A stretch of 37,648 nucleotides of DNA from an uncultured Candidatus Saccharibacteria bacterium (GTDB lineage Bacteria > Patescibacteriota > Saccharimonadia > Saccharimonadales > CAYVSP01). The notes below the pieces were generated by a model. That model searched no databases. It was not told the origin of the DNA and was given only the letters and a program-made list of their open reading frames with translations. The DNA is taken from positions 1 through 37,648 of the forward strand of contig CAYVSP010000005.1 in assembly GCA_964453655.1 (NCBI GenBank), read 5' to 3'. The position numbers and the translations under genes are program-made. Shown piece after piece: positions 28,701-37,648 of the stretch (positions are counted from its first letter, which is position 1; every line of letters begins with the position of its first letter).

Positions 28701-29558
28701 ACGGTGCATGCTTTCAAGCAAGCGCAGACGCTTCATGAGTTTTTTCTTGCGTTGCCCCTTCGCCTCTTCTGCCTCTTTGGTAAGCTCATCAATGAGCTTA
28801 CCAAGCTCGACTTCATCCAGCAGGGCCTTAAGAGCGGCACCGCCCATACCAACGGTAGTAATATCTTGCAAGCTATCAGGTAGGTTGCGGTAATCTGTTT
28901 CACTAATAAGGTTGAACTGATCTAATGCTTCCAGTTGTCCCTTTACTACTTCATATTCTTTGGTCAGCTCATCAAGTTCTTTAGTTTGATTTTCGGCCAA
29001 CTGCTTTACATCTGCATCTAGATCTTTAGCATCTTTTTCATGTCGCAGTTTTATTGCTTCTTTGGCAGCAGTGAATTCAGCCTCTTTGTCCGCCAGCATT
29101 TTGTCGCGCTTATCGGTATCAACTGATTTGATAATATAACTGGCAAAGTAGGCAACGCGCTCCAGATTCTTGACCGTCATGCCAAGCACTAAACCGATTG
29201 CCGATGGCGTTCCACGTAAAAACCAGATATGTGCTACTGGAGTGGCCAGATTTATATGGCCCATTCGCTCGCGGCGGACAATGCTGCGTGTTACCAGCTC
29301 TCCATTTTTATCGACTGCCGCTTCTCGTGAGCGTACGCCCTTATACTTCGCATCATGCGGATTAATGTCTTTTACCGGGCCAAAGATCCGTTCGCAGAAA
29401 AGTCCATCTCGCTCTGGTTTTTGAGTTCGATAGTTTATCGTCTCTGGCTTAGTTACTTCGCCATAGCTCCACTCCAAGATATCCTCAGGGCTGGCAACCG
29501 CCAGTCTAACAGCGTCAAAGTCGGCAATATTAGTGCCGTGATTATAGCGTCTAATCAT
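25743..29558 (-). CDS. rpoC: RNA polymerase beta' subunit
   Basis: [31 protein letters not shown]. Confidence 0.99.
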   Translation of the reverse strand: MIRRYNHGTNIADFDAVRLAVASPEDILEWSYGEVTKPETINYRTQKPERDGLFCERIFGPVKDINPHDAKYKGVRSREAAVDKNGELVTRSIVRRERMGHINLATPVAHIWFLRGTPSAIGLVLGMTVKNLERVAYFASYIIKSVDTDKRDKMLADKEAEFTAAKEAIKLRHEKDAKDLDADVKQLAENQTKELDELTKEYEVVKGQLEALDQFNLISETDYRNLPDSLQDITTVGMGGAALKALLDEVELGKLIDELTKEAEEAKGQRKKKLMKRLRLLESMHRAGIKPSSLCMSVLPVIPPDLRPMVQLTGGRFATSDLNDLYRRVINRNNRLKKLIELNAPEVIRRNEQRMLQEAVDALIDNNSARSGRAIAATGQRRRLKSLSDMLKGKQGRFRQNLLGKRVDYSGRSVIVAGPELKIDQCGLPKMMALELFKPFVIGNLIEEEHAHNIRSATRMIEMGETAVWDALDEVIKGKYVLLNRAPSLHRLSIQAFKPVLIEGKAIQLHPLVCKGFNADFDGDQMAVHLPLSDQAQAEARDIMASNKNLLKPADGSPILHIEQDIVLGCYYLTYERPGAKETKVRGFANLEEAIVAEENGTIGLQTKVRAPYRGIVRETTLGRLLFNEIFPEDFPFQDEAMTKKKLQTVMTLVYQAYGQLKTAEIADDLKDIGFAYATKSGLSMGMGDFKDIKGLDKLLDEGEKRAAEISAQYDQGFITEEERHRLTVENWQSVDGRVQAALSEQFATEDSAMSIAVVSGARGNIGQVKTAVGLLGVTTDATGRAIELPIRSNYKYGLTPLEYFTATRGARKGMIDTALKTADSGYLTRRLVDVSQDVFTLEEEAPDPGFAQFRQDADEIGVSYASRLSGRFAAEHISDLVKKGKLITPEVAAKIEANKQLDGVRIMSVLSTTSLRGITRKSYGIDPATGELVAEHHPVGVIAAQSIGEPGTQLTLKTFHSGGVAGEDITTGLPRVEELFEVRMPKGQAFLADIAGTVKVSEDGDHYLVQLAADEAEKVTLKLAGRTPQIKTGNEVAIGDVIAANEDGSEPLTATISGKIKVNKDHIAISPTKQSVLKYEIPGYKQLYVKNGQNVVAGQRLTNGSINLHDLMRLQGVEATQRYIMNEILKIFASQGQNIADKHLEIIVRQMFSRVQIEEAGDSEFVVGDIASKQAVIEDNERLKREKKQPTKFNQLLLGITKASLSTDSFLSAASFQDTTRVLISAATSGKVDKLFGLKENVILGRRIPVGTGYGAQDEDEESVETDEQS

Positions 29559-32500
29559 TATGCGGTCTCCTTTTTCTCGCTGCTTTCGTCCGCAACGACG
29601 GTTGTGGCAGGAATGTCATCTTCCAGCTCCATTACGACAAATTCGTCAGTTGTGGCGTCTTGACTAATGTCAACATCAGAAATTGGCGCCGCCGGTACCT
29701 CTACATCTGGTTGATGGGCAGCTTCATCCTTTATGTTTTCGGCCAGCACTGCCTCGGCATCAATCAACTTATCAGAAGTCATCAAATCAACTTTAAGTCC
29801 CAAGCCCTGGAGTTCCTTAACGAGCACGTTGAAACTTTCTGGTACTTTCGGTCCGACAATTTCAGTATGTTTAATGATGGATTCGTAAGCTTTAGAGCGT
29901 CCGTAGACATCATCAGACTTAATGGTCAACATTTCCTGTAAGGTGTTAGAAGCACCGTAAGCTTCCAAAGCCCACACTTCCATTTCACCAAAGCGTTGGC
30001 CACCGTTTTGGGCTTTTCCGCCTAAAGGTTGTTGAGTAACCATGGTATATGGACCAGTCGATCGGGCATGGATCTTATCAGTAACCATGTGATTGAGTTT
30101 AATCATATACATCGAGCCGACAGTGGTGAGTTCCTTAAAGGGTTGCCCATTGCGGCCATCATAAAGCTGTTGTTTACCTTCTTCAGGCAGGCCGGCCTTC
30201 TTAAGTAATTGTTGAATTTCCTCAATTGGTACACCGTCGAATGATGGGCTGGCAACTTTCATACCTAACAAGCGGGCAGCCATGCCGAGGTGGGTTTCAA
30301 ATAGCTGACCGACGTTCATGCGTGACGGCACACCTAGGGGGTTTAAAACGATGTCGACTGGCGTACCGTCTTCCATGAATGGCATATCTTCAACTGGCAG
30401 AATGCGGGCAATGACCCCTTTATTACCGTGCCGCCCGCCAAGTTTATCGCCAACAGCGATTTTACGCATTTGAGCTACAAACACCTGTATTTGCATAATA
30501 ACGCCGGCTTTAAGCTCATGGCCAGTTGCCCGGCTGAAGACTTTTACACCAACCACTTTACCGTGCTTACCATTACTCATACGCTGTGAGGTGTCTCGCA
30601 CTTCCTTAGCCTTTTCGCCAAAGATTGCTCGCAGCAATCGTTCTTCGCTGGATAGTTCCTGTTCACCCTTCGGCGTAATCTTACCGACTAGAATGTCCCC
30701 CGGATGTACTTCTGCGCCAATGCGGACAATTCCTTCTTCGTCCAAATGTCTGAGCGCTTCTTCGGAAACATTAGGAATATCACGCGTTACAATTTCCGGC
30801 CCAAGCTTGGTCTCGCGAACTTCAACCATAAAATCAACGATATGTACTGACGTCAGGGTGTCGTCTTCCACCAGTTTTCTCGAAATAATAATGGCATCTT
30901 CGAAGTTATAACCAGCCCAGGGCATGAAGGCGACAATAAGATCTTTGCCAAGGGCTAGTTCACCGTCTTCAATCGACATTCCTTCTATTAGAATATCGTC
31001 GGCTTTTACTTTGTCACCAGTGTTTACCGCGACGCGATGATTTATGCTGGTACCCTCGTTACTACGAACATAATGCAACGGCCGATAAGTAGCCTTTCTG
31101 CCCTTATACTGCACCACAACTTCGTCAGCAGCAGCCTTAAGCACTTCGCCAGCTTCCTCGGCTAAAGTAACTTGTCCACTATTACGGGCGACGGCTTCTT
31201 CCATGCCGGTACCTACAATAGGGGCGGATGGACGGATAAGTGGCACGGCTTGCCGTTGTTGATTGCTGCCCATAAGTGATCGGTACACATAATTTTTCTC
31301 AATAAACGGAATAAGGCCGGCACTGGAACCAATAATTTGACGGCGTGAGGCATCCATGTGGGTTACCTCATTGGCGTCAACTTCACCAGAAACCAAACGA
31401 CTACGGGCACTGACGCGATCATTTACAAAATAGCCTTTGTCGTCAATCTTCTCGCCAGCACTGGCAATAACAACGCTTTCTTCGCCGGCAGCGTCAAGAT
31501 ATACCACCTCGTTGGTGACTTTGGCTTTGACCGGCCAGGTGACCTGACCCTTAACCTTAGCCAAACGTTTGGCAGCCTCAGCAGTAATTTTGGCACCAGC
31601 TTTTACTATTACCTTACCTTTTTCATTCTCGAGATTAACGGCGGCAATGTGTCCGACTGCATTCTTAGCCTGCACTGCGTTTATTACCTTGCGATAGGGC
31701 GTTTCAATAAAACCGTAATCATTAATTCGAGCATAGTTTGCTAAGTTTAAGACTAGCCCAATGTTTGCGCCTTCAGGGGTTTCGACAGCGCAAATACGGC
31801 CATAATGGGTAGCGTGGGCATCACGCACCTCAAAGCCGGCCCGTTCGCGAGACAAGCCGCCAGGACCCATCGAGCTAAGACGACGCTTGTGCGCCAGCTC
31901 ACTTAACGGGTTAATCTGGTCCATGAATTGACTAAGTTGTGAACTGGCAAAGAATTCACGGACGGCCGCTACTACTGGGCGGGCATTAATAAGTTGGGCC
32001 GGTGTAACCGTCTCTATCTCGCTCATGCTCATGCGATCTTTGGTGTTTCGCTCCATTCTGAGCAGTCCAATCCGGAATTGACGCTGCACCAACTCGCCAA
32101 CCAGCTTGACGCGGCGGTTTGCTAAGGAGTCGATATCATCAGCCGGCTCCTGAGTATTGTTGAGGCGGATAATTTCAGCCACAATGGCCACCAGGTCTTC
32201 AAGGCGCATTGCCCGATTTTCGATGGTATTCTTAACATCCAGATTAAGCCGCTTGTTAATTTTGTAGCGCCCAACGCGGCTGAAGTCAAAACGCTTAAAA
32301 TTATAGAACATGTTTTCGAGCAAACTTCGAGCATTATCAACCGTCGCCAAATCACCAGGCCGCAGGCGACGATAAACCTCAATTAAAGCTTCATTGGCAC
32401 CCTTCGCGGGGTCTTTTTCGAGCGTCGCGTCAATGTAGTTGAGCTTGCCTTGGTCAACGTGAGCCAGGCGCTCGCGCACTTCCGCTTCACTTAGGCCGAG

Positions 32501-33094
32501 TGCCCGCAACAACGTTGTGACAGGAATTTTTCGCTTGCGATCAATCTTGACATATAAAGCCCCGTTAGCAGCTGTTTCAAATTCCAGCCAGGCACCCCGC
32601 CCCGGAATTACTTTAGCTCCATAAAGATTACTGCCGCCATGTTTGTCGGCAGTGAAAAATACGCCAGCTGAACGAATAAGCTGCGATACAACCACTCGTT
32701 CGGCGCCATTAATTACAAAAGTACCGCGTGATGTCATCCATGGGTAATCACCAAGGTAAATTTCCTGCTCTTTAACTTCGCCAGTAACTTTATTCGTCAG
32801 CTCAACTTTGGCTTTTAAAGGTGCTTCAAAGCTGACATTGTTTTCGCGGGCCTCAGCCTCGGCCATTTTTGGTGCTTCAAACCTATAGTCTTTAAACCGC
32901 AGGCTTAGCTTAGCAGCCGTGTAATCATCAATCGGGCTGACTTCAGCCAATAATTCACCCAGACCCTCCTCTACAAACCACTGGAAAGACCGGTTTTGGT
33001 GGTCAACCAGGTTCGGTAGGTCAAGGGCATCATCAATGTTACTAAAATAGGTACGTGTCTGTTTTTTAGGTGAGCTAACTTTAGATCGGGGCAC
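29558..33094 (-). CDS. rpoB: RNA polymerase beta subunit
   Basis: SQLSQFMDQ..HKRR, GRHGNKG, GGQRFGEME; GTG start with AAGGAG. Confidence 0.99.
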   Translation of the reverse strand: MPRSKVSSPKKQTRTYFSNIDDALDLPNLVDHQNRSFQWFVEEGLGELLAEVSPIDDYTAAKLSLRFKDYRFEAPKMAEAEARENNVSFEAPLKAKVELTNKVTGEVKEQEIYLGDYPWMTSRGTFVINGAERVVVSQLIRSAGVFFTADKHGGSNLYGAKVIPGRGAWLEFETAANGALYVKIDRKRKIPVTTLLRALGLSEAEVRERLAHVDQGKLNYIDATLEKDPAKGANEALIEVYRRLRPGDLATVDNARSLLENMFYNFKRFDFSRVGRYKINKRLNLDVKNTIENRAMRLEDLVAIVAEIIRLNNTQEPADDIDSLANRRVKLVGELVQRQFRIGLLRMERNTKDRMSMSEIETVTPAQLINARPVVAAVREFFASSQLSQFMDQINPLSELAHKRRLSSMGPGGLSRERAGFEVRDAHATHYGRICAVETPEGANIGLVLNLANYARINDYGFIETPYRKVINAVQAKNAVGHIAAVNLENEKGKVIVKAGAKITAEAAKRLAKVKGQVTWPVKAKVTNEVVYLDAAGEESVVIASAGEKIDDKGYFVNDRVSARSRLVSGEVDANEVTHMDASRRQIIGSSAGLIPFIEKNYVYRSLMGSNQQRQAVPLIRPSAPIVGTGMEEAVARNSGQVTLAEEAGEVLKAAADEVVVQYKGRKATYRPLHYVRSNEGTSINHRVAVNTGDKVKADDILIEGMSIEDGELALGKDLIVAFMPWAGYNFEDAIIISRKLVEDDTLTSVHIVDFMVEVRETKLGPEIVTRDIPNVSEEALRHLDEEGIVRIGAEVHPGDILVGKITPKGEQELSSEERLLRAIFGEKAKEVRDTSQRMSNGKHGKVVGVKVFSRATGHELKAGVIMQIQVFVAQMRKIAVGDKLGGRHGNKGVIARILPVEDMPFMEDGTPVDIVLNPLGVPSRMNVGQLFETHLGMAARLLGMKVASPSFDGVPIEEIQQLLKKAGLPEEGKQQLYDGRNGQPFKELTTVGSMYMIKLNHMVTDKIHARSTGPYTMVTQQPLGGKAQNGGQRFGEMEVWALEAYGASNTLQEMLTIKSDDVYGRSKAYESIIKHTEIVGPKVPESFNVLVKELQGLGLKVDLMTSDKLIDAEAVLAENIKDEAAHQPDVEVPAAPISDVDISQDATTDEFVVMELEDDIPATTVVADESSEKKETA

Positions 33095-33284
33095 GCTGGC
33101 ACTGCTCCTTATTTATAAACTATCGTAATAATGGCTTTACTTTCGCGCGAAGGATACTAAGTGGGGGTTTTGGATGCTGACGAGTTACTAAACAACACGA
33201 GCACTGCCCAGCCTACACTACTTCTTAAAATAGAGTCTGGACTATGCGGCCTTCTATGTCAAGTCAAATTTATCGACAAGCTAT

Positions 33285-33968
33285 CTAAAGCTCTGGAAAA
33301 CCATCAGCCAGCCAAAGTTTTCGCTCAATTAAGGTGCGGCGAACACCGCCTACACCAACTTCTGCCTCGTAACGAACTTGATCTAATCTCTCTTCATCGA
33401 TTTCCAGATGGTTTGGCATTCGTTCTCTGGCCCTAAAACCGATTTGCTCGAACCAGTTATTAGTCCTGGGATTATCGGCAACGGCATCAAGTACAGCAGT
33501 GCGATCATCTTCAAACCGCCCAAGAGCTACAAAAAGTAAGGCACTACCTATTCCGTGCCCTTCTGCCACAGTGTCAACATCATTGATATAGCAATTTGGT
33601 TCACCTACCAACCTGTTAATGATCCCTGCGCGAGATGGACTTGTTTTGACAACCCCAAAAACATCATCAGGGCGTACGTAGCCTACTGGTTCAGCTACCC
33701 AATACGTAGAGCCTTTAGCCATGCTTGCTCTCATGCGCTCGGCTTGGCTTTTTTCATTGGCATGAGCATCAAAACGGCGATTAACTGCACGTTGGGATAA
33801 GACTTCCAGTTCTTCAACAAACCGTCGTGTATAGGCAGCATGCAGAACTCCTAGTATCTTTGGTGCATATTGCTCAATTGTTGCTGGCAGGACTCTTTTA
33901 ACTACAATTCTTTCCGGTCCAGATGGCGGTTCAAATATCACCCTATCAATTGATTTCCTCTTGGTCAT
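33285..33968 (-). CDS. GNAT-family acetyltransferase-like protein
   Basis: YINDVDTVAEGHGIGSALL (motif A-like), NPRTNNWFEQIGF (motif B-like). Confidence 0.75.
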   Translation of the reverse strand: MTKRKSIDRVIFEPPSGPERIVVKRVLPATIEQYAPKILGVLHAAYTRRFVEELEVLSQRAVNRRFDAHANEKSQAERMRASMAKGSTYWVAEPVGYVRPDDVFGVVKTSPSRAGIINRLVGEPNCYINDVDTVAEGHGIGSALLFVALGRFEDDRTAVLDAVADNPRTNNWFEQIGFRARERMPNHLEIDEERLDQVRYEAEVGVGGVRRTLIERKLWLADGFPEL

Positions 33969-34010
33969 ATAAAAATAATAACAAGGCCAAGTTAGCTAAC
34001 CATGAGAATT

Positions 34011-34622
34011 TTAATTTACTTTTGGAGGGTTGGAGACGATGCCGTCTACTAGACCGTATTTCTTAGCCTCTTCAGCCGTCAGCCAAAAGTCGCGTTCCAT
34101 ATCTTGGTGGATTTTGTCAGGTTTTTGGCCGGTGTTCTTAGCCATAATCTGCTCCATGAGCTTCTTCACGCGCAAAGCCTCTTTAAGGTCAATTTCTTGA
34201 TCGGTGACTTTACCACGCGTGCCGCTAGATGGTTGGTGAATCATCACAGTTGCGTGAGGTAGTAAGAATCGTTTGCCTTTGGCCCCGCTGCTCAATAAAA
34301 ATGCGGCTGCGCTAGCTTGTACGCCTATTCCGAAAGTCTGGATGTCTGATTTCACAAACTGCATCGTGTCGTAAATTGCTAGAGCGTCATAAACGCTGCC
34401 GCCCGGGCTGTTGATATATAAGAATATGTCTTTTTTATTATCTTCATTATCTAAAAATAACAGCTGTGCAACGATCAAGTTAGCGGTATGTGGGTTAACA
34501 TCATCGCCAATGAAAATGATGCGGTCCTTTAATAAGCGCGAATAAATGTCATAAGCCCGTTCCATGCGCCCATCGGTTTCAATTACGGTTGGGACAAGTA
34601 CTTGGCTAATTGGTTTACTCAT
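34011..34622 (-). CDS. clpP: ATP-dependent Clp protease proteolytic subunit
   Basis: YDIYSRLLKDRIIF, YINSPGG, QASAA (Ser), MIHQP (His), ERDFW (Asp); start moved to ATG 34622. Confidence 0.98.
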   Translation of the reverse strand: MSKPISQVLVPTVIETDGRMERAYDIYSRLLKDRIIFIGDDVNPHTANLIVAQLLFLDNEDNKKDIFLYINSPGGSVYDALAIYDTMQFVKSDIQTFGIGVQASAAAFLLSSGAKGKRFLLPHATVMIHQPSSGTRGKVTDQEIDLKEALRVKKLMEQIMAKNTGQKPDKIHQDMERDFWLTAEEAKKYGLVDGIVSNPPKVN

Positions 34623-34647
34623 ATGATAACGAGTATATACCAGCGAA

Positions 34648-34674
34648 TTAGCACTCGTCAAGTGAGAGTGCTAA
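34648..34674. promoter_or_regulatory. CIRCE element (HrcA operator)
   Basis: Exact TTAGCACTC-N9-GAGTGCTAA; overlaps the -35 (TTGACG) of a TTGACG-N18-TATACT promoter reading into clpP. Confidence 0.93.
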
Positions 34675-34682
34675 TTTGGCAC

Positions 34683-34880
34683 TTATTTCTTTGTCGGCCC
34701 GCTTTTAATAGCCGGTTTTTTCTGACTAGAATCACTGGTTGCGATAGAAGACTTCTGGCTGTCTAACCACCCATTAAGATAAGATAGTCTTAGCTGTAAT
34801 TGTGGTACTACATCATTGAGTTGCTTCAATATATTGTCCCGCTCAGCTACTGCTGCGTCTACGGTCAATGGTTCATCCAT
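34683..34880 (-). CDS. Hypothetical 65-aa protein (helical N-half, low-complexity basic tail)
   Basis: Strong SD AGGAGG; fills the tig-clpP gap. Confidence 0.7.
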   Translation of the reverse strand: MDEPLTVDAAVAERDNILKQLNDVVPQLQLRLSYLNGWLDSQKSSIATSDSSQKKPAIKSGPTKK

Positions 34881-34920
34881 GTAGGCCTCCTACTTCCTTT
34901 ACTAAAGTATAACTCTTGCG

Positions 34921-36204
34921 TCATTTGCGTACCGTTAAGTCGGTGAGTTTCTGGAGAGTCTTTTCGGTTAGTATTCTTGAGGCAATGTCGCGCCGGTTTT
35001 CAGGCTTGTCAAGCTCAGCCTGCATCGTGCTGTCCTTGTACTGGCCCCTCAATAGCTGCAAGCGAACTTCCAACTCATCAGGAGTCACCTCCAGCTCTTC
35101 TTTTTCAGCGATTTCCGATAATATAAGGCCCGCTTTTACGCTCTCTTCAGCTTGTGGCCGCTTCTGTTTGTGGTGTTCATCTTCACTCAAACCCTCTTCT
35201 TTTAAGTGCTCCTGCCAGGTTTGGCCACGGTAGGTCAGGTTCTGGCGCTCTTCTTGCTCGATTCGGTCTATTTGCTCTTCAATTAACTTTTCTGGAATAG
35301 ATACGCTGGCTTTGGCGGAAATATCTCGAACAAGTTCGTTCTCAAAGTCGCGATCGCGTTGCTGCTCTTTTTCAATTTTAAGTTGTTTTTTTATGTCAGC
35401 TTTTAATTCTTTGACTGTCTTAAATGGGCCGACTTTACTGGCAAAAGAGTCATCTAGTTTTGGGAGAATAACTTCCATGACTTTCTTCGCAGTCACTATA
35501 AAGCTGACGTCTTTACCAGCAATGGTCTTTACTCCGTAGTCTTTAGGGAACTTCAGTATAAATGTTTTCGTTTCCCCTGCTTTTAGACCAATAAGATTGG
35601 GTTCAAAACCAGGAATGAAGCTGTTGCTGCCTAAAACCAGCGGGTAATCTTTACCATCAGCACCATTGACGAGCTTGCCGTTAGTGTCTTTGCCTACAAA
35701 ATCAATCACTGCTTCATCGCCGTTTTTAGCAGGCCTTTTTACTTCTTTCTTTTCAGCAACGCGTAACTGCAAACTCTTCAGGACATCACTAACATCTTTG
35801 TCAGTAACTGTTATAGAAGGCTTGGTTCGTTTCATCTTTTTATAATCTGGTAGCTTAATCTCACCAATCACCTCAACAGCAGCTTCAAACTCCAGTTCGC
35901 TAAAGGGTACGAACTTCTTAATAGAGACTTGCGGTTGGCTGACAGGTCGCAGGCGCAGTTCATTGGCAGCGCTTACGTAGAGATGGTTGACCGCTTCTTC
36001 CAAAAAATTGCTTTGCAGTACCGAGTGGTCGACGTTTTTTTCAACTAAAGAAAGTGGCACTTTGCCTTCGCGAAAACCAGCTACTTTTACTTTGCTTTGC
36101 AGCTGCCTCAGCACATGCTGCTTGACAGGTTCAAGATCAGCCTCGTGAGCAACCACAGACACAGTTGCTTCGGTTGCTTTACTAACAGTCTTTTTAACTT
36201 GCAT
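34921..36204 (-). CDS. tig: Trigger factor
   Basis: GFREGKVP ribosome-binding motif; FKBP domain FIPGFE..LIG, FPKDY; upstream of clpP. Confidence 0.97.
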   Translation of the reverse strand: MQVKKTVSKATEATVSVVAHEADLEPVKQHVLRQLQSKVKVAGFREGKVPLSLVEKNVDHSVLQSNFLEEAVNHLYVSAANELRLRPVSQPQVSIKKFVPFSELEFEAAVEVIGEIKLPDYKKMKRTKPSITVTDKDVSDVLKSLQLRVAEKKEVKRPAKNGDEAVIDFVGKDTNGKLVNGADGKDYPLVLGSNSFIPGFEPNLIGLKAGETKTFILKFPKDYGVKTIAGKDVSFIVTAKKVMEVILPKLDDSFASKVGPFKTVKELKADIKKQLKIEKEQQRDRDFENELVRDISAKASVSIPEKLIEEQIDRIEQEERQNLTYRGQTWQEHLKEEGLSEDEHHKQKRPQAEESVKAGLILSEIAEKEELEVTPDELEVRLQLLRGQYKDSTMQAELDKPENRRDIASRILTEKTLQKLTDLTVRK

Positions 36205-36228
36205 GAAAGAGAACTATAACAGATTAGG

Positions 36229-37539
36229 TTAGCTTTTTCTATAGTCCTTGATGATACTCACTAGGCGCTCGGCACCATGTTTTTCTTCTTCACCGGTTTT
36301 AAGATTCTTGAGCGTAAAGCTGTTGGCGGTAAGCTCCTCTTCGCCAATAAAAATTGCGTATCTTAAACCGCGTTTATCAGCCATTTTTAGCTGTTTGTCG
36401 GGTTTACGGCCACTATAGTCAACTGCTATTTTTAAGCCGGCTTCACGCAGCTCTTTGAGAATAGGCTGGGCACTTGATGCTGTGTTCTCGCCTACTAAAA
36501 CGACATAAGCATCGGTTTCTGGTTTAAGTTTTGGCAGTAGTTCATGTACTTCCATGAAATTTTGAAGCGTGGCATCGCCCATGGCGAAACCGACTGATGG
36601 CACAGGCTCAACTCCGAATAAGCCGACTAAACCGTCATACCTGCCGCCGCCAAACATGGAGCGGTTATTGGTAGGATTGTTATCGAAAACTTCAAATACA
36701 ATATCGGTATAATAGTCAAAGCCGCGCATGATAGCTGGCTCAAACATTACATTAGTAATACCTAAAGCATTTAGACTTTCAATAAGGCTCTCGAGCTCTT
36801 TAATTGAAGCGTTGTCGCCTAAATCTGATGGCAGTTCCTGAATAGACTGAACCTTTAGAAGCTTGAGTAGTTTGTCGCCTTTATTGGCTTCACGTTCCGA
36901 CGGGCTTAAGATCACGTCAACATCAGCCGCAAATTTTTCCGGCTCAATTTTGTCCTTGCGATCAATCAGCTTAGCCAGCGTCTGTACTTCGACATCCGAC
37001 AGATTCAGATAGTCTTTGAGAACAAAATCCATAAATTTGCGACTGTTGAGTCGTATGGTGTACATTTCTCGCTTGGCACTAAAAGCTTGGAGTATAGCGT
37101 CTGCAACTTGAATGATTTCCAATTCCGCAACCAAACTATCCAGACCAAATACGTCAACATCAAGCTGGAAGAATTCGCGGTAGCGTCCCCTTTGAGGCCG
37201 TTCATAGCGCCAACGGCTTCCGATGTTATACCAGCGTACAGGGTAAGCCAGTTCCTGGCGCCGCGTGGCAACCATTCGTGAAACACTGGGAGTCATTTCC
37301 GGTCGTATTACAATCTTTCGTTCGCCTCGATCTGTGAAAGCATAGGTTTGATCGTTGACAATCTCATCACCTGTTTTAGCTAGATATAGCTCAAGCGGCT
37401 CCAAGAGTGGAGCATCATATTCTTCATAGCCAAATTTCTCAACGGTTTGACGCATGACATCAAACAAATATTTCTGCAGGCGCTTATCCTCAGGATAAAA
37501 ATCCCGCGCGCCTTTATATGGTTGTGTTGACAATGCCAT
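36229..37539 (-). CDS. hisS: Histidyl-tRNA synthetase
   Basis: KGARDF, RPEMT, RYERPQRGRYREFFQ, RGFDYYT, GGGRYD; start moved to ATG 37539. Confidence 0.98.
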   Translation of the reverse strand: MALSTQPYKGARDFYPEDKRLQKYLFDVMRQTVEKFGYEEYDAPLLEPLELYLAKTGDEIVNDQTYAFTDRGERKIVIRPEMTPSVSRMVATRRQELAYPVRWYNIGSRWRYERPQRGRYREFFQLDVDVFGLDSLVAELEIIQVADAILQAFSAKREMYTIRLNSRKFMDFVLKDYLNLSDVEVQTLAKLIDRKDKIEPEKFAADVDVILSPSEREANKGDKLLKLLKVQSIQELPSDLGDNASIKELESLIESLNALGITNVMFEPAIMRGFDYYTDIVFEVFDNNPTNNRSMFGGGRYDGLVGLFGVEPVPSVGFAMGDATLQNFMEVHELLPKLKPETDAYVVLVGENTASSAQPILKELREAGLKIAVDYSGRKPDKQLKMADKRGLRYAIFIGEEELTANSFTLKNLKTGEEEKHGAERLVSIIKDYRKS

Positions 37540-37563
37540 TCTAATTATTCTAACAGTAAATAA

Positions 37564-37648
37564 TGGTGCGGATGAAAGGACTTGAACCTTCACGCCTTTC
37601 GGCACTAGGTCCTAAACCTAGCGTGTCTACCAATTCCACCACATCCGC
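37564..37648 (-). tRNA. tRNA-Leu (anticodon TAG), CCA encoded
   Basis: Acceptor stem GCGGATG/CATCCGC, anticodon arm CTAGG-TTTAGGA-CCTAG, long variable arm, GGTTCAAGTCC T-arm, ACCA end. Confidence 0.97.

Noticed and set aside
33161-33436. 91-aa plus-strand ORF upstream of rpoB
   Set aside because: Antisense to the GNAT 3' end and the rpoB leader; no supporting signals
34623-34661. Longer clpP start at 34661
   Set aside because: Lies inside the CIRCE/promoter; ATG 34622 fits better
422-37281. Many plus-strand ORFs of 60-155 aa in the ORF track
   Set aside because: They lie antisense to conserved genes, show no motifs or initiation signals, and are expected shadow ORFs; only the GNAT at 19533-20135 is credible
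37540-37605. Longer hisS start at 37605
   Set aside because: Falls inside the tRNA-Leu gene
1-37648. Mobile elements, CRISPR arrays, introns/inteins or stop-codon reassignment
   Set aside because: No transposase or integrase, no regular repeats, core genes uninterrupted and of normal length, and TGA ends several conserved genes

Overview
Core translation/transcription gene cluster, almost all on the minus strand, most likely from a Candidate Phyla Radiation bacterium (Saccharibacteria-like). The lineage is inferred from the missing rpmD/uL30, extreme compaction and TGA used as a stop. Transcription order: tRNA-Leu(TAG), hisS, tig, clpP, GNAT, rpoB-rpoC, str operon, a split S10 operon, spc and alpha operons, rplM-rpsI, trpS, an RluA/D pseudouridine synthase, holB and a truncated TPR gene. 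Five things stand out. (1) Small unrecognised ORFs sit in normally invariant junctions (rplX/rplE, rplB/rpsS, rpsG/fusA, fusA/tuf, tuf/rpsJ, trpS/rlu), mostly with overlapping or abutting start/stop codons, and two carry short copies of neighbouring gene ends. (2) The RNA polymerase beta' subunit has lost all eight zinc-ligand cysteines, and bL36, uS14, uS4 and HolB are also zinc-free forms. (3) EF-G has NKIN in place of NKxD and a remodelled G5 motif. (4) A perfect CIRCE operator overlaps the clpP promoter. (5) Extended -10 boxes recur 6-8 nt before start codons, suggesting leaderless mRNAs. All family assignments come from motif recognition by eye; no searches were run.
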